Shown here piece after piece: positions 1 to 12,700 of a stretch of DNA of 64,000 bases. Numbering within the stretch: the first letter of the stretch is position 1; each line of letters starts with the position of its first letter. Origin of the DNA: Octopus bimaculoides (Eukaryota). A program made the position numbers and the translations under genes. The stretch lies in contig NC_068992.1 of assembly GCF_001194135.2 (NCBI RefSeq), forward strand, positions 54,636,295 to 54,700,294. The letters run 5' to 3'. The notes under the pieces were generated by a model. It was not told the origin of the DNA. It did no database searches and saw only the letters and a program-made list of their open reading frames with translations.

Positions 1-85
1 GTCGTTTCAGCATATTTTATACATTTGTCTGTCTGTTGATATATGTGTGGGGGTGGGGTGTACGTGTGTGTGTGGGGGTGTATGT

Positions 86-133
<48 letters not shown>

Positions 134-363
134 GGAAGGGGTAGCTATCTAAACTGTATCTCTCTCTATTTATTTAGCTAGCAAGGTACACAGACACTTA
201 CACATATACACGCAGTCCTTTAAGAAAGCAGTGAGAGAAATAGGGGTGCGATTTCTAAATATTTACTTTCATTGAAGACAAAGGTTTTCTTCAATACTCA
301 CTGATCGCTAAAATGTTCCGTAGCTTTAAAATAAAAAACTTATGCATTCCTTCTCTTTTTTTT

Positions 364-552
364 AGGGCGGCAAGCTGGCGGAAACGTTAGCACACCTGGC
401 GAAATGCTTAGCGATATTTCGTCTATCTTTACGATCTGAGTTCAAATTCCGCCGTGGTCAACTTTACATTTAGTGTTCGATGAATTAAGTACCAGTTGAG
501 TATTGCGGTCGATCTATATCCCCAAAATTACGGCTCTTGAGTAGAAACGATT
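364..552 (+). mobile_element. tRNA-headed SINE, family A
   Basis: ggcggcaagctggcggaaacgttagc...gagttcaaattccgccg...gtagaaa; more than 15 related copies in the window. Confidence 0.8.
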
Positions 553-612
553 CCTTCTACGTTTCTTTTTCTCGTTCAACCTTACCTTCTGCCGTATATT
601 TGATACCCCTCC

Positions 613-1004
613 TTAATCCTTCAGCATTAAGATTACTGTCAAATGTATTCTTTATTTATCACATTGTTTTGAATTAATCGTACATTGTCTCGTAGCTTTG
701 AGATTTCGATGATGCAGTTGTTTATCTTTAGGATGACATTGTAGGGTAGGTGAGAGAGATCGGATCTGTCAGTCTGAATATAAAGTAGGTACAATATTTT
801 TTTCTACTTTAGGCACAAGGCCCGAAATTTCGGAGGAGAGGGCCTGTCGATTAGATCGCCCCAGTACGCAATTGGTACTTAATTTATCGACCTCGAAAGG
901 AAGAAAAGCAAAGTCGACCTCGGCGGAATTTGAACTCAGAACGTAAAGACAAACGAAGCAGGTAGAATATTAGATCAAATATGGCAGATTTAAAAGCTGA
1001 TGAT
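613..1004. mobile_element. Decayed piggyBac-like (TTAA) MITE with a nested SINE
   Basis: Starts TTAA-tccttcagcatt. Body is shared with the copy at 22303-22922. SINE insert is flanked by aggta(c/g)aatatt duplicates (787-798, 960-971). Confidence 0.55.
799..959 (-). mobile_element. SINE family A, 5'-truncated, inserted in a MITE
   Basis: Reverse complement of the family A body, with a 12-bp target duplication. Confidence 0.8.
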
Positions 1005-1673
1005 CCGCCGACGACATTCCGTGCAATTTTTGTCATACGTAATTTTTAACTCACAAGTCTCTTTAGCTCATAAGTCGCAAATAGACAAAATATAGGTAGT
1101 ACTGTCCTACGTTTATACATACATTGTGTGCAGTTAATACTTACGTTTGTACCTAAATGTTAATTACATCGTTATTTTAATTTGAAATTTTAAAATATGC
1201 TTATTAAACTACGATAAAATAAAATTCTAAAAGTTTAGCGTAACGCTAATGACTCTTTTGTTGGTTAGTTCGGAAGACATTGTTTTGTGGAAATAATATA
1301 GCATTTATACATTAATGCTATACGGCACTCAACTCATTACTTATTCTGTTTCGCTGGTTCGTCTTTACATTATTTAATGCTGTGAAAATTATTTCACATG
1401 AATATATTGATGAGCAGATAATTTAGAAAAGCTTTTGTAAGAATTTTAAGAATATCTAAATTTTCAGGAATTTAATTTCCAGGCACACAGATGTTCACGT
1501 GTTGAATGCTTATTCACAATTACTCGTATATATTTACGTTCAATTCCTCCTGAATCGTTTCTAAATATAATGAATTTTTGCTTGTAAATTGGATTGGATT
1601 AGATTAAATGGTGACCTCCAATCCAAGCTTGTTTGGATTTCTAGATCATAAATCTAACCACGCAACTGCATTG

Positions 1674-1862
1674 TGGGAGCACGTGGCTTAGTGGTTAAGC
1701 GTATTGGACTCGTGAGCGTAAAATTGCGGTTTCGATTCCTGGACCGGGCGATGCGCTGTGTTCTTGAGCAAAACGCTTCTTTTCACGTTGCTCCAGTCCA
1801 CTCAGCGGGCAAAAGTGAGTCATCCTGCGACGGACCGGTGTCCCGTCCAGGTGGGGATTATA
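1674..1862 (+). mobile_element. tRNA-headed SINE, family B (CORE-like body)
   Basis: A box tggcttagtggtt, B box ggtttcgattcc, then ttgagcaa...ttgctccagtccactcagc. Related copies at 2175-2330, 19052-19375, 22130-22290 (-), 24478-24620, 61190-61420. Confidence 0.75.
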
Positions 1863-2695
1863 TCCAACTTCATTTAATTTCAGATTCGTACTTCATCGTG
1901 ATATTTTATAAAGAATATTGTTTTCTCCCACTATTTGAATTGCACAAATCTAAAAGGGAAAAAAACAGCTCATCGAACGCTTTTAGAACTTCTAGAAACT
2001 GTTTTAAGTGATGCTCAAGATTCTTAGAGTTGGTTTCTTTCAGAAATTTTTTTTCTTGCGAAATACTTGAAACATCCAATATCTAAATCATATAAACATA
2101 TTTCTAGTTCACTCTTAAAACTCTTGATCAAGTCAAAAATCACGGCAATAGATTTTCCAAAAGTTTATATGTGTGTGTGGCTCAGTGGTTAGGGCGTCGG
2201 ACTTACGATTGAGAGATAGTGAGTTTCAATTTCGGGTAGTGTGCTGTATTCTTCAGCATGATACTTTATTTCGTATTGCTCCAGTTCACTAGCTATAGAG
2301 CTGCAGAAATGAGTTGCAACAACACTGGTGCCAAGCTGTATCAGTTTTTGTCTTTCCCTTGGATAACATCGGTGGCGTTGAGAGGGAAAACTGGTACGCA
2401 TGTCCTCTCTTATTTCAGGGTTTTCTATATTATATTGATTGGCTGGTCTCTTCTCCACTACAGCTTCACCTTGCCTACGCATTCGCTGATCATCACCTAC
2501 GTAATTCTCCTCGAGATTCTCACAACTACAGAGGCTTTCCTGATTGTCTGAATCTGGACCTCATTAAGAAAGCCTCTATTCCGAATTATTCTTATTTGAT
2601 TCATGAGTCCATCTTCAGTAATCTGGAGCATACCCAGTTGGTCCATTCTTTATATTATTTACATTCGACGGATATTTGTCCTCATCTTGTTTGTT

Positions 2696-2741
2696 AACAC
2701 AACGCTTCGGCTGATATACCCTCCAGCCTTCATCAGGTGTT
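2696..2741 (-). ncRNA. Minimal type I hammerhead-ribozyme-like motif (Penelope-type), GAAA degraded to GAAG
   Basis: Minus strand aacac-CTGATGA-a-ggctg[loop]cagcc-GAAG-cg-TT-gtgtt, with perfect 5-bp stems I and II. Confidence 0.6.
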
Positions 2742-2744
2742 TTG

Positions 2745-2948
2745 GCGAAATGCTTAGAGGTATTTCGTCTGTCGTTACGTTCTGAGTTCAAATTCCGCCG
2801 AGGTCGACTTTGCCTTTCATCCTTTTGGGGGTCAATAAATTAAGCACCAGTTGCGTACTGGGGGTCGGTCTAATCGACTGGCCCCCTTCCCACCAAATTT
2901 CAGGCCTTGTGCTTATAGTAGAAAGGATTATTATTATTGTTATTATCA

Positions 2949-3017
<69 letters not shown>
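2745..3017 (+). mobile_element. SINE family A with an expanded (ATT)n tail
   Basis: Family A body runs directly into ~30 ATT units. Confidence 0.85.
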
Positions 3018-3020
<3 letters not shown>

Positions 3021-3329
3021 GCGGCAAATCTAAATAATTGATAATAACAATAGTAATAACATTAGTGGCACCATGCGATATTAGCATTAAACAGCTATAC
3101 ATTGCATTTGTGAAAATTGATATTTTCACCATCTGGTTTCTGTTAGAATCTTTAGATATAAAATGTTAAATTTCTGTTGAAATATCTTCTCTCTCTCTCT
3201 GTCTCTTTCTCTCTCTCTCTCACTCTCTTTCTCTCTCGCTTTCTTAAAGAGAATCATTATTAGCTCACTGAAAAATATAAACAAGGTCTCTGGGGACATA
3301 GGTAGTACAGGTCTAGCATGAAGCATCTA

Positions 3330-3840
3330 GGTTATTTGTGAATAATGCATGCGTGTGGAACGGTGGAACGGTAGTATCGTCTGATTGGGAAAAGATATTT
3401 GTGGCAAAGAAAATTGCTAATTTTCAGATAGAAGTGCGTAGGTGATATAGCCGAGCATAGATATACGCTAGAGTTGATAAAATATGGGTTAGTCGGAACT
3501 CCGAAGCGCCCACTGTAAAGGATACCATCTAAGAGATAAAAGATGTCTGGAGGCTATAGATTGGTAATTTAACTGGAAAAATGTCTGCCTGTGTTGAGGC
3601 CATGTGCAATAATATTGTGTTCGCTGAAATTGATATAAGTGAAAGACTTCTATTGAATGATATAGGAGTGTAAGTCTCCAGCCGATCAGGCTCTGCGGAA
3701 GCCAGACTGGTGATTGCTAAATGAGATTGGAGGCGATGAAGGAATCGTTTGTTTTGTAACAGCTTCTATCGCATTTGAGATTATGGAAAAGAGCGGCAGT
3801 AGTTGGCAGGGTCGGAGAGGGGCATAACGTAAAAGCTATT
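3330..3840 (-). mobile_element. Degenerate CR1/Jockey-group LINE reverse-transcriptase fragment
   Basis: Broken-frame motifs PANY..SIIS.AIEAV, NHQSGFRR and INSSV.....ISPTHF, matching RT domains 0-4. Confidence 0.5.
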
Positions 3841-3977
3841 GCCTACGACTGAATTTTAGTGTAAGGTGTAATGAGGTTAATAATGTTCATGTTGTAATTT
3901 CTTATAAGCTATAAACACGATAGCGTTCCGTTGACTGCCTCCATAATGGAAAAAAAAAAATCAAGCAATTGAATGGA

Positions 3978-4111
3978 AAGAGAGAGAGAGAAAGAGAGCG
4001 CGAGAAAGAGAGAAAGAGAGAAAGAGAAGGAGAGAAAGAGAGAGAGATAAGTATGTTGGTAGGCAGACAGACAGACAGACAGACAGACAGACTGACAGAC
4101 AGACAGACAGG

Positions 4112-4187
<76 letters not shown>
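3978..4187. repeat. Compound (GA)n/(GACA)n/(GATA)n microsatellite
   Basis: Direct reading. Confidence 0.95.
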
Positions 4188-4672
4188 ATGGTAGGTATGC
4201 ATTGTTACTACAAACACCATGCACCTCCCACTATAGCCACACTGTTTCTCAAACAAATCATGTTAAGATTAGACAGTCAATAGACTCGACATAACTCGGA
4301 GGAGGATATTCCAAGCGATTGACAGCAGAGATATTCCTTTTCCTAGCGACTGACAGCAGAGATATTCCTAGTCCGTTGCCGCAGCACTTACGATTTTTAT
4401 TCTTTTTGCAACGCTGAACTTTTAAGGAGTCCTTGAACTATGGTGAAATGTCCTCCTGGCTTCACATTAACTAAAAGAACTCAGTGGGACTTGAAAGAAG
4501 GCAAAGGTCTATCAATCCTGTCGTTCTCGTAGGGAATGATATCAAGTACAGAAATGCTTTTTACAAGAGTGGTTATGACATTTGTTGTTTTTGTTTCGTT
4601 TTGTTTTATATTTCATTTTCAGTCAAGAAGTTAGTAATGACACGTTGATCTTCTCTTGTAAAAAGTGAATTA

Positions 4673-4830
4673 TAGGTGCAGGCATGGGTGTGTGGTTAAG
4701 ACGCTCACTTTGTAACCACGTGGTTCCAGGTTCAGTCCCACAGCGCAGCACCTTCAGCAAACATATTCTGTTAAAGCACCGGGCTCATTAATGCTTTGTG
4801 AGTGAATTTGGTATACGGAAGTACGTCACG
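4673..4830 (+). mobile_element. tRNA-headed SINE family C, 5' half ending in (TA)n
   Basis: ggtgcaggcatgggtgtgtgg...ggttcagtccca...tgtgagtgaatttgg; many copies in the window. Confidence 0.7.
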
Positions 4831-4861
<31 letters not shown>

Positions 4862-4929
4862 TTATTTATTTATTTATGTGTTTCAGCCAAGTGGCTGCGG
4901 TCATGCTGGTGCACCACCGTGTATATATA

Positions 4930-5138
4930 TTTTACTCTTTTACTTGTATCAGTCATTTGACTGTCGCCATGCTGGAGCACCGCCTTAAGTCGAGCAAATC
5001 GACCCCAAAGCCTAGTACTTATTCTATCGGTCTTTTTTGACGAACCGCTAAGTTACGGGGACCGAAACACACGAGCATCGGTTGTCAAGCGATGTTGGGG
5101 GGGACAAACACAGACACACAAACATACATACACACACA
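4930..5138 (-). mobile_element. 3' half (D module) of SINE family C
   Basis: Reverse complement of gtgtttgtcc...gatagaataagtactagg...ggtgctccagcatggc...gtaaaagag. Confidence 0.75.
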
Positions 5139-5184
5139 AGAATATTAAAGCCGAATAAAGAAAATTTGAACCTCAGAACTCTCT

Positions 5185-5300
5185 GCATTCAAATAAACAG
5201 TGGCCCACAATGTGTTTGCAGTGCCAGTACTCATACGAACATTTGGGCTGCTTGATTGGAGTCTTGATGAGATCCAAGCCATTGATGTGAAAACCCACAA
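5185..5300 (+). mobile_element. R4/Dong-like LINE fragment (post-RT region)
   Basis: Translates as AHNVFAVPVLIRTFGLLDWSLDEIQAIDVKT, resembling the R4-clade motif AVPVLTYSFGIIKW. Confidence 0.5.
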
Positions 5301-6449
5301 AATACCCTGTTGTTGATGTTGGAATTCCAATGAAGGAGCTTTGGATCTTGGTTAGAAACCGGTTCTTTCTCTATTGGCAAGAAATCTTGAAATAAACTGA
5401 ATAATGACATACGTACATACACACACATATATACATATATATATGTATATATATATNNNNNNNNNNNNNNNNNNNNNNNNNNNNNNNNNNNNNNNNNNNN
5501 NNNNNNNNNNNNNNNNNNNNNNNNNNNNNNNNNNNNNNNNNNNNNNNNNNNNNNNNNNNNNNNNNNNNNNNNNNNNNNNNNNNNNNNNNNNNNNNNNNNN
5601 NNNNNNNNNNNNNNNNNNNNNNNNNNNNNNNNNNNNNNNNNNNNNNNNNNNNNNNNNNNNNNNNNNNNNNNNNNNNNNNNNNNNNNNNNNNNNNNNNNNN
5701 NNNNNNNNNNNNNNNNNNNNNNNNNNNNNNNNNNNNNNNNNNNNNNNNNNNNNNNNNNNNNNNNNNNNNNNNNNNNNNNNNNNNNNNNNNNNNNNNNNNN
5801 NNNNNNNNNNNNNNNNNNNNNNNNNNNNNNNNNNNNNNNNNNNNNNNNNNNNNNNNNNNNNNNNNNNNNNNNNNNNNNNNNNNNNNNNATATATATATAT
5901 ATACGTATGTATGTATGTATGTATGTATGCATATGGATGTGCATGTCTCTTCGTGTTTGTCCCACCACCACCGCTTGACAACCAGTGTTGCTTTGTTTAT
6001 GTCCTCGTATCATAGTAAGAACTGGGGTTGATTTGTTCGACTAAACACATTGAGGTGGTACTCCATCATGGTCGCAGTCCACTGACTGAAATAAATAAAA
6101 GATTTTAAAAAATATAACTACTTCACTCACAATGGAGAAGCTCCGCTCATCCTTGAAGAATTAACTAATTTGTTTGTCAGACATACCAATCTGTTTGCAC
6201 TCAGCGGCTGTGATGAGCCAGAGATTTGTGGATCATAATACAGCTCTCAAAGTGCCATAAGATTACCTCAAACTGTCGGCATAGGAATGAATCTCATCTG
6301 TTGTTTTCCTGTACCATGAATCCTAAATTTTTCGAAACTTGGCCTGGATACTTTTTTGTACTGCGATAAAAGTATCTTTCTTGATTGGGGGCGAACTTTC
6401 GTTACCGATGATTCCAAGATGACAGTTTTTCTGGTCAAGGAGAGACTGT

Positions 6450-6915
6450 ATTTCGGCGGTGGTGGTTGTATGGTGATAGTGTGTGATAGCAGTAGATTGG
6501 TAGTGACGTGATGGTAGGATGGTGGTGTGGTGGTATGAAGGGGGAATCGTGATGTAGTCATGTTATGGTGATGATATGGTGCTGGTGCTCATGCTGTTGG
6601 TGGTGGTGGTATCGGTGGTGGTAGCGGTGGTGGTGGCGATGGTGATGGTCGTTGTTGCCGTCATCGTGACGTTGATATAATGGTGTGGTAGGCCTCGGTA
6701 CCATAAGAAAGGTTGTAGTACAAATGGTGGTGGTGGTTGTAACGACGATGAAGATGACGATGATGATTATGATGATGGTGATGATTATGATGATGATAAT
6801 AACAACGACGACGACGACGATGACGATGATGATGATGATAGTCACGATGGTGATGATGATGATGAAGATGATGTTGAGGACGAGGGTGATAACAGTGGTT
6901 GTGTTGTAATAATTC
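6450..6915. repeat. Compound (GGT)/(GAT)/(GAC) trinucleotide microsatellite
   Basis: Direct reading; accounts for the spurious poly-V/M/I/H ORFs. Confidence 0.9.
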
Positions 6916-7384
6916 TACCATCCATGCCCCCCACCACTCGCACGCCCACACACACACACACACATACGCGCGCGCGCGCACCATAGTGTCCTGATCGAGC
7001 TGATCAAGCTATTCATTATAATTTTTGTCTATTTTCTTCTTTCTTTCTTTCTTCTCTTTTTCCTGAGGCGATGAAGGGCGGTGAAGAGGCTGGAGATGTT
7101 TCATACATTGGAAGGTAACGAACTGCTAATCTCTTTTATTTTCTTTCTCTGTTATTCATTTAGACAAACTGAGATGTCTGTAAGATAAGCGAAAGTCGAA
7201 GTCATGGAGTTGTGTAACACATGAAGGTGAATTACAACGTTTACCAATGAAAAAAACAAAAACAAAATAAAGACCTATACAGACGATCTGGCTGTAAAGA
7301 TATATGTATGTTCATAATATCACACACACACAAAAAAAAAAGAAAAAGAAACGGATGTTTTATCAGTTAGGTATTGCTTCTTTC

Positions 7385-7512
7385 TATAACTGTACACATA
7401 TATGTGTATGTGTGCATATGTGCATATGTCTGTGTGAGTGTGTGTGAATGTGTGTGTACGTATATGCATGTTGGTACTTCTTTACATAACCATGCATATA
7501 TATATATGTATG

Positions 7513-7551
<39 letters not shown>

Positions 7552-7615
7552 GTGTGTGTACATAAATATGTATATATGTGTGTGTGCATACATTATACAT
7601 TGTACATACATGCAC

Positions 7616-7653
<38 letters not shown>

Positions 7654-7782
7654 ATATATATACATATATATATAGTATATATGTATATACATTTTGCATC
7701 GTACATACATATGCGTATATACATATACATGCATGTATACATGTGCATGCATATACAAACACACACATTCATACATATATGA

Positions 7783-7840
<58 letters not shown>

Positions 7841-7926
7841 GTAAACATATATGCATATACTTACATGTATGCATTTATGTANNNNNNNNNNTGTATGTAT
7901 ATATGTAAGTTTGTATGTTTATACAT

Positions 7927-7982
<56 letters not shown>

Positions 7983-8000
7983 CATATATATGTATATATA
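7385..8000. repeat. Complex (TA)/(TG)/(CA) dinucleotide microsatellite
   Basis: Direct reading. Confidence 0.9.
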
Positions 8001-10493
8001 TGCAAATATACATTCGTCTCGCATCTCTTACGTAATATCCACAACATTCAGACGAATTTTCCCTACACATTTATACTCGCACTGCTGCCTAAGTTCCCAT
8101 TCTCCATTCAGAAAACAAACTACTGTGTTACATCGTAGATCACTTTTACCTACTATATATATATATACACACTTTTCCTGTTTTTTTGTTTTTATCTTAG
8201 TTTTCCTACGTAATATCCAGAACATTCAGACAAGATATGTTTTTCTCCTCACCCTTCCCCTATAATGCCCAACCAATCCCCCCTTACAGGGAAAAAAAAT
8301 GTAGCAGATAAGTACAGTGTTACTTTATTTCTGCTATCAAGAAAAATTAGCTACAGGCGGGGGATTTTTTTTTTTTCATTGGAGGTGGGAGGTATTTTTG
8401 TGTGTGGAAGTGGTGTAGATATTTTATTTTGGCAATCAGTGAGAAAAAAAAAATGCGTTGTGGGGTGTTGAGAGGGGAGAAAATAGTTTAATATTCTCAT
8501 TCTTCTTACCTATCTAGCTATAAACATACAGTCATTGCTTTCTTGAGATTAAGAGAACGAACTATTACACAGATAGATATACAGCTAAATGCATCGATAT
8601 ATACATACATACATACATACATATATATNNNNNNNNNNNNNNNNNNNNNNNNNNNNNNNNNNNNNNNNNNNNNNNNNNNNNNNNNNNNNNNNNNNNNNNN
8701 NNNNNNNNNNNNNNNNNNNNNNNNNNNNNNNNNNNNNNNNNNNNNNNNNNNNNNNNNNNNNNNNNNNNNNNNNNNNNNNNNNNNNNNNNNNNNNNNNNNN
8801 NNNNNNNNNNNNNNNNNNNNNNNNNNNNNNNNNNNNNNNNNNNNNNNNNNNNNNNNNNNNNNNNNNNNNNNNNNNNNNNNNNNNNNNNNNNNNNNNNNNN
8901 NNNNNNNNNNNNNNNNNNNNNNNNNNNNNNNNNNNNNNNNNNNNNNNNNNNNNNNNNNNNNNNNNNNNNNNNNNNNNNNNNNNNNNNNNNNNNNNNNNNN
9001 NNNNNNNNNNNNNNNNNNNNNNNNNNNNNNNNNNNNNNNNNNNNNNNNNNNNNNNNNNNNNNNNNNNNNNNNNNNNNNNNNNNNNNNNNNNNNNNNNNNN
9101 NNNNNNNNNNNNNNNNNNNNNNNNNNNNNNNNNNNNNNNNNNNNNNNNNNNNNNNNNNNNNNNNNNNNNNNNNNNNNNNNNNNNNNNNNNNNNNNNNNNN
9201 NNNNNNNNNNNNNNNNNNNNNNNNNNNNNNNNNNNNNNNNNNNNNNNNNNNNNNNNNNNNNNNNNNNNNNNNNNNNNNNNNNNNNNNNNNNNNNNNNNNN
9301 NNNNNNNNNNNNNNNNNNNNNNNNNNNNNNNNNNNNNNNNNNNNNNNNNNNNNNNNNNNNNNNNNNNNNNNNNNNNNNNNNNNNNNNNNNNNNNNNNNNN
9401 NNNNNNNNNNNNNNNNNNNNNNNNNNNNNNNNNNNNNNNNNNNNNNNNNNNNNNNNNNNNNNNNNNNNNNNNNNNNNNNNNNNNNNNNNNNNNNNNNNNN
9501 NNNNNNNNNNNNNNNNNNNATATATATACAGACACACATTTAATGCTTCAGTCCATCCATTTATCTAGATTTCTCCACATTACTTTCCTTTACTATTTAA
9601 TATTCGTTGCTTTCTTGTGTTTATATATTAACTAACTTCTCGTACGGCCGTTACGTATCTTCTCCTCTTTTTTTTACTATTTGTTATAGGCATTTTGTTC
9701 ATTTCTTTTTTGTTTGTTTTCGTTTTGTTATTGTTGTTGTTGTCGTTTTGTTTTGTTTTTTTATTTATTTCTTTTGATATTTAGGTTATCATATGTATAA
9801 CACGCTCCTAATGCCAACCACCTCAGAGCAAAGTGTGAGAAAGTTTGATATACATCATTACATTCTCTTTCTTTTCCAAACCACTGTGAAAGCCATATTT
9901 TTGTTATGAACTGTAGACAAATAGATAAATAAATAAATAAATAAATAAATAAATAGATAATTGAATCGATATTTCCATTTGTAAACGGGATAGGAAGAAT
10001 CAATAATATACATAGCAAATATAAATATAAAAACAAAGAAACAATAACGAGAAGCCCTTACAAACGCTTTGTATTGGTCGTATGGTATTGGTATGTGTTC
10101 AGCTTAGAAAGTAACGGCTAGCTGTCCACACCAAGAGAAATTTATATAGTTTCTGTATTTTGGGGAAATATTGATTAGACACAGATCAGTCTCATCGAGC
10201 TGACCGATAATCAAAGAAGTTCCAAACGTGCCCAACATGCTGTATTTTTAGACTGTATCGTATAAGTGAAGGAGATTTTGGTTTCTGTTACTAATAGTTC
10301 AAGCAACCACATAGGCGATCTCTCTGAGACACGTTCAAATAACCTTGTAGATTATTTCATAACATTGTACCTTTTTACGGGGTCATTTCCAAGGAATTTG
10401 CGAGAAAAGTCGATTGATTAAGTGTCCTTAGTCTTAAAGCTGTTTTTTTTATAGTACTAGACCTTTTTTCGATGTGTCCCCTGTCCTGGTGCA

Positions 10494-12048
10494 TTGAAAC
10501 ATCTATCTTCTATATTATATGATAGTGATTATCAGAAGAGTATGGACATAAAACAAGTGAGGAAAGCCACATGCAAAGTGAATGACGTATTAAGCTTGAT
10601 TAAAACAGAAAACATCAGTGAAACAAACCAGCTAATCATATCTGCTGCTAATGTCGTAGCTAAGATAGTAGGCTACAAGCGAAAAACTACAAGCGAAGAT
10701 ATAAAAGCAAATGAAAAGAAAGAACCAAACTGGAGGAAGAGAATATGAATGAAGCTGGGGAAAATACGGAAATAATTAGGGCAATTGAATAGGATGAGAC
10801 GAAAGCTCAAGAATAAGGTAGTAATCAGAAAATTGAATGGACAGTACAGGTTAGAAGAAAGGGGAAAACAAACAGTACATGAAGAATTGACACAAAAGAT
10901 GACAGCATTAAAGGCCAAAATGAAAAGATATGATGTTAGATGCAAATGTTTCGAACAGAATAGAAGGCATCTATTTGAGGAAATAGAGGGAGGCCAACAC
11001 CAGGGACTGAATCCAGATACGGAAGAAAATTAAGAATTTGGGGGAAGGTTGTTGAACAGGCCGACGAGGCATAAAGAAAGAGCGGAGTGGTTAACAAAGG
11101 TGAAATGACAACTTGCAAGACAAAAAGACGTCAGAATTAATTTATATACAGTGAAACAGAAGTTTTTTTTAAATAGCAAACTGGAAAGGAGCCGGCCAGG
11201 ATGAAGCACAAGGCTATTGGCTGAAGAACTTTACACAGTTGCATGAGAGGATCGCTGCGCAACTGGATGACTACATGCAGCAAGGTCACGTCCCTGCCTA
11301 AATGACAAGTGGACGAAAGCTGCTAAGCCTTAAGAATCCCTTGAAAGGGAACTTGGTATCAAATTTTCGACCTATAACCTGTTTATCACTAATGTGGAAG
11401 CTTATGACCAGTGTCTTAGCGGAAGAGTTATACAACCCTCTAGAAAGTAACAATCTACTTCCAGAAGAACGGCAAGGATGCAGGATACAAAGTAGGGCAA
11501 CAAAAGATCACTTATTATGTGATAAAACGATAAATAGAAATTGTAGACGCAGATTGACTGGATTGAATGTAGAAGGGCTAGATTACAAAAGAGCATATGA
11601 CATGGTAATACATAGTTGAATAAGTAAAACAATGAGCATATTTGGAATAGCAAAAAACATGGAGAAAATGCTTAATGACAGTATGAAGCATTGGAATACT
11701 GAATTGATCGGAGGAGAACAAAGACTCGGGAAAGCAAACATCAGACGTGGAATATTCCAAGGTGATAGCTTATCTCCATTACTATTCGTATTGGCCATGA
11801 CACCGCTCGCTATTATACTACGATTTGGGGAAAAGGAATGGTCAGATAAATCATCTCCTTTTCATGGGTGATATAAAGGTTTATGTGAAAAATGAGAAAT
11901 AGCTTGAAAGTCTTGTACATACTTTCCACTTTTTCTCAAATGACGTAGGTGTGGAATTTGGGATAGAAAAGTGCGCTGTATTGAAAATGGAACGAGAAAG
12001 ATTTGAAAGAAGCCAAGGAATTGAAATGCCAAATGGGAAAACAATGAA
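10494..12048 (+). mobile_element. R4/Dong-clade non-LTR retrotransposon remnant (N-terminal region plus RT), frameshifted
   Basis: NFRPITCLSLMWKLMT, EERQGCR, LDYKRAYDMV, RRGIFQGDSLSPLLF, INHLLFMGDIK (FMDD mutated) and FGIEKCA, with multiple stops. Confidence 0.88.
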
Positions 12049-12049
12049 A

Positions 12050-12700
12050 GCTCGTTTCACAATCTGCATCCCACGACCCACATCTGACAAAGCTCCATCC
12101 CAAGATCCCAACAGGCTCCTCCCTGACTGTTGGAACGCTTTCTCCTGCTATTCCAAACCCTACTTCTCTCTGCACTCTCCCAATAAGTCAGACCACATGA
12201 CCTTTCCACTCTGAATCGCATCCTCGATCACTTCATATCAAGAAGGTGCTCCGCATGATTTGTCTGTCTGTCAATAGAAGTGTCACGACATCCACGAAGA
12301 TAACATAGACGCCTCTCGAGCTCGAAAGATTGACCGTTATGAAAACCTCGTCGAGGAATGTGAAGACGTAGGCTGGAAAAGGGAGCATTTTCCAATCGAA
12401 GTCGGATGTAGAGGATTCGTTAGACACAGTGTGAGGCGACTGTTGTTATCGTTAGGCCTAACTCATCGTAAAGCAACTACTACTCATGAGTGATATCCAT
12501 ACTACTGTGTAAAAAAGCAAGCTAATGGATTTGCTTAAAAAAAGACGATGAGCAAATGTCCAGAAGAATATTGATCGAAACCTGATAACCAGTTGATCTA
12601 GCAAGCGAAGCCTCATTTCAGTGAGGGGTACCAGTGAGTAATGATGCAGTCGAGAAGCAAGTTCCGAAACGGCGCGCATTCTCTCTTGATGACCTTATAA
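12050..12700 (+). mobile_element. Hero/NeSL-like LINE 3' end (restriction-like endonuclease region plus 3' UTR)
   Basis: HEDNIDASRARKIDRYENLVEECEDVGWKREHFPIEVGCRGFV matches the RLE C-terminal EVGCRGF motif of Hero-type elements. Confidence 0.7.

Noticed and set aside
1674-1745. tRNA-like A/B boxes here and at other SINE heads (for example 36393, 39445)
   Set aside because: They continue into SINE bodies and lack a complete cloverleaf or acceptor stem; not tRNA genes.
6120-6440. Possible RLE-LINE C-terminal fragment on the minus strand
   Set aside because: Too degraded to assign.
7067-7250. Possible exon AMKGGEEAGDVSYIG plus a 49-nt intron-like segment
   Set aside because: No recognisable homology, the next segment hits a stop quickly, and there are no partner exons.
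2810-8000. Many ORF-track peptides (poly-I, YIYI, LSIY, HTHT), and ORFs spanning N gaps throughout the window
   Set aside because: Translations of microsatellites or Ns.
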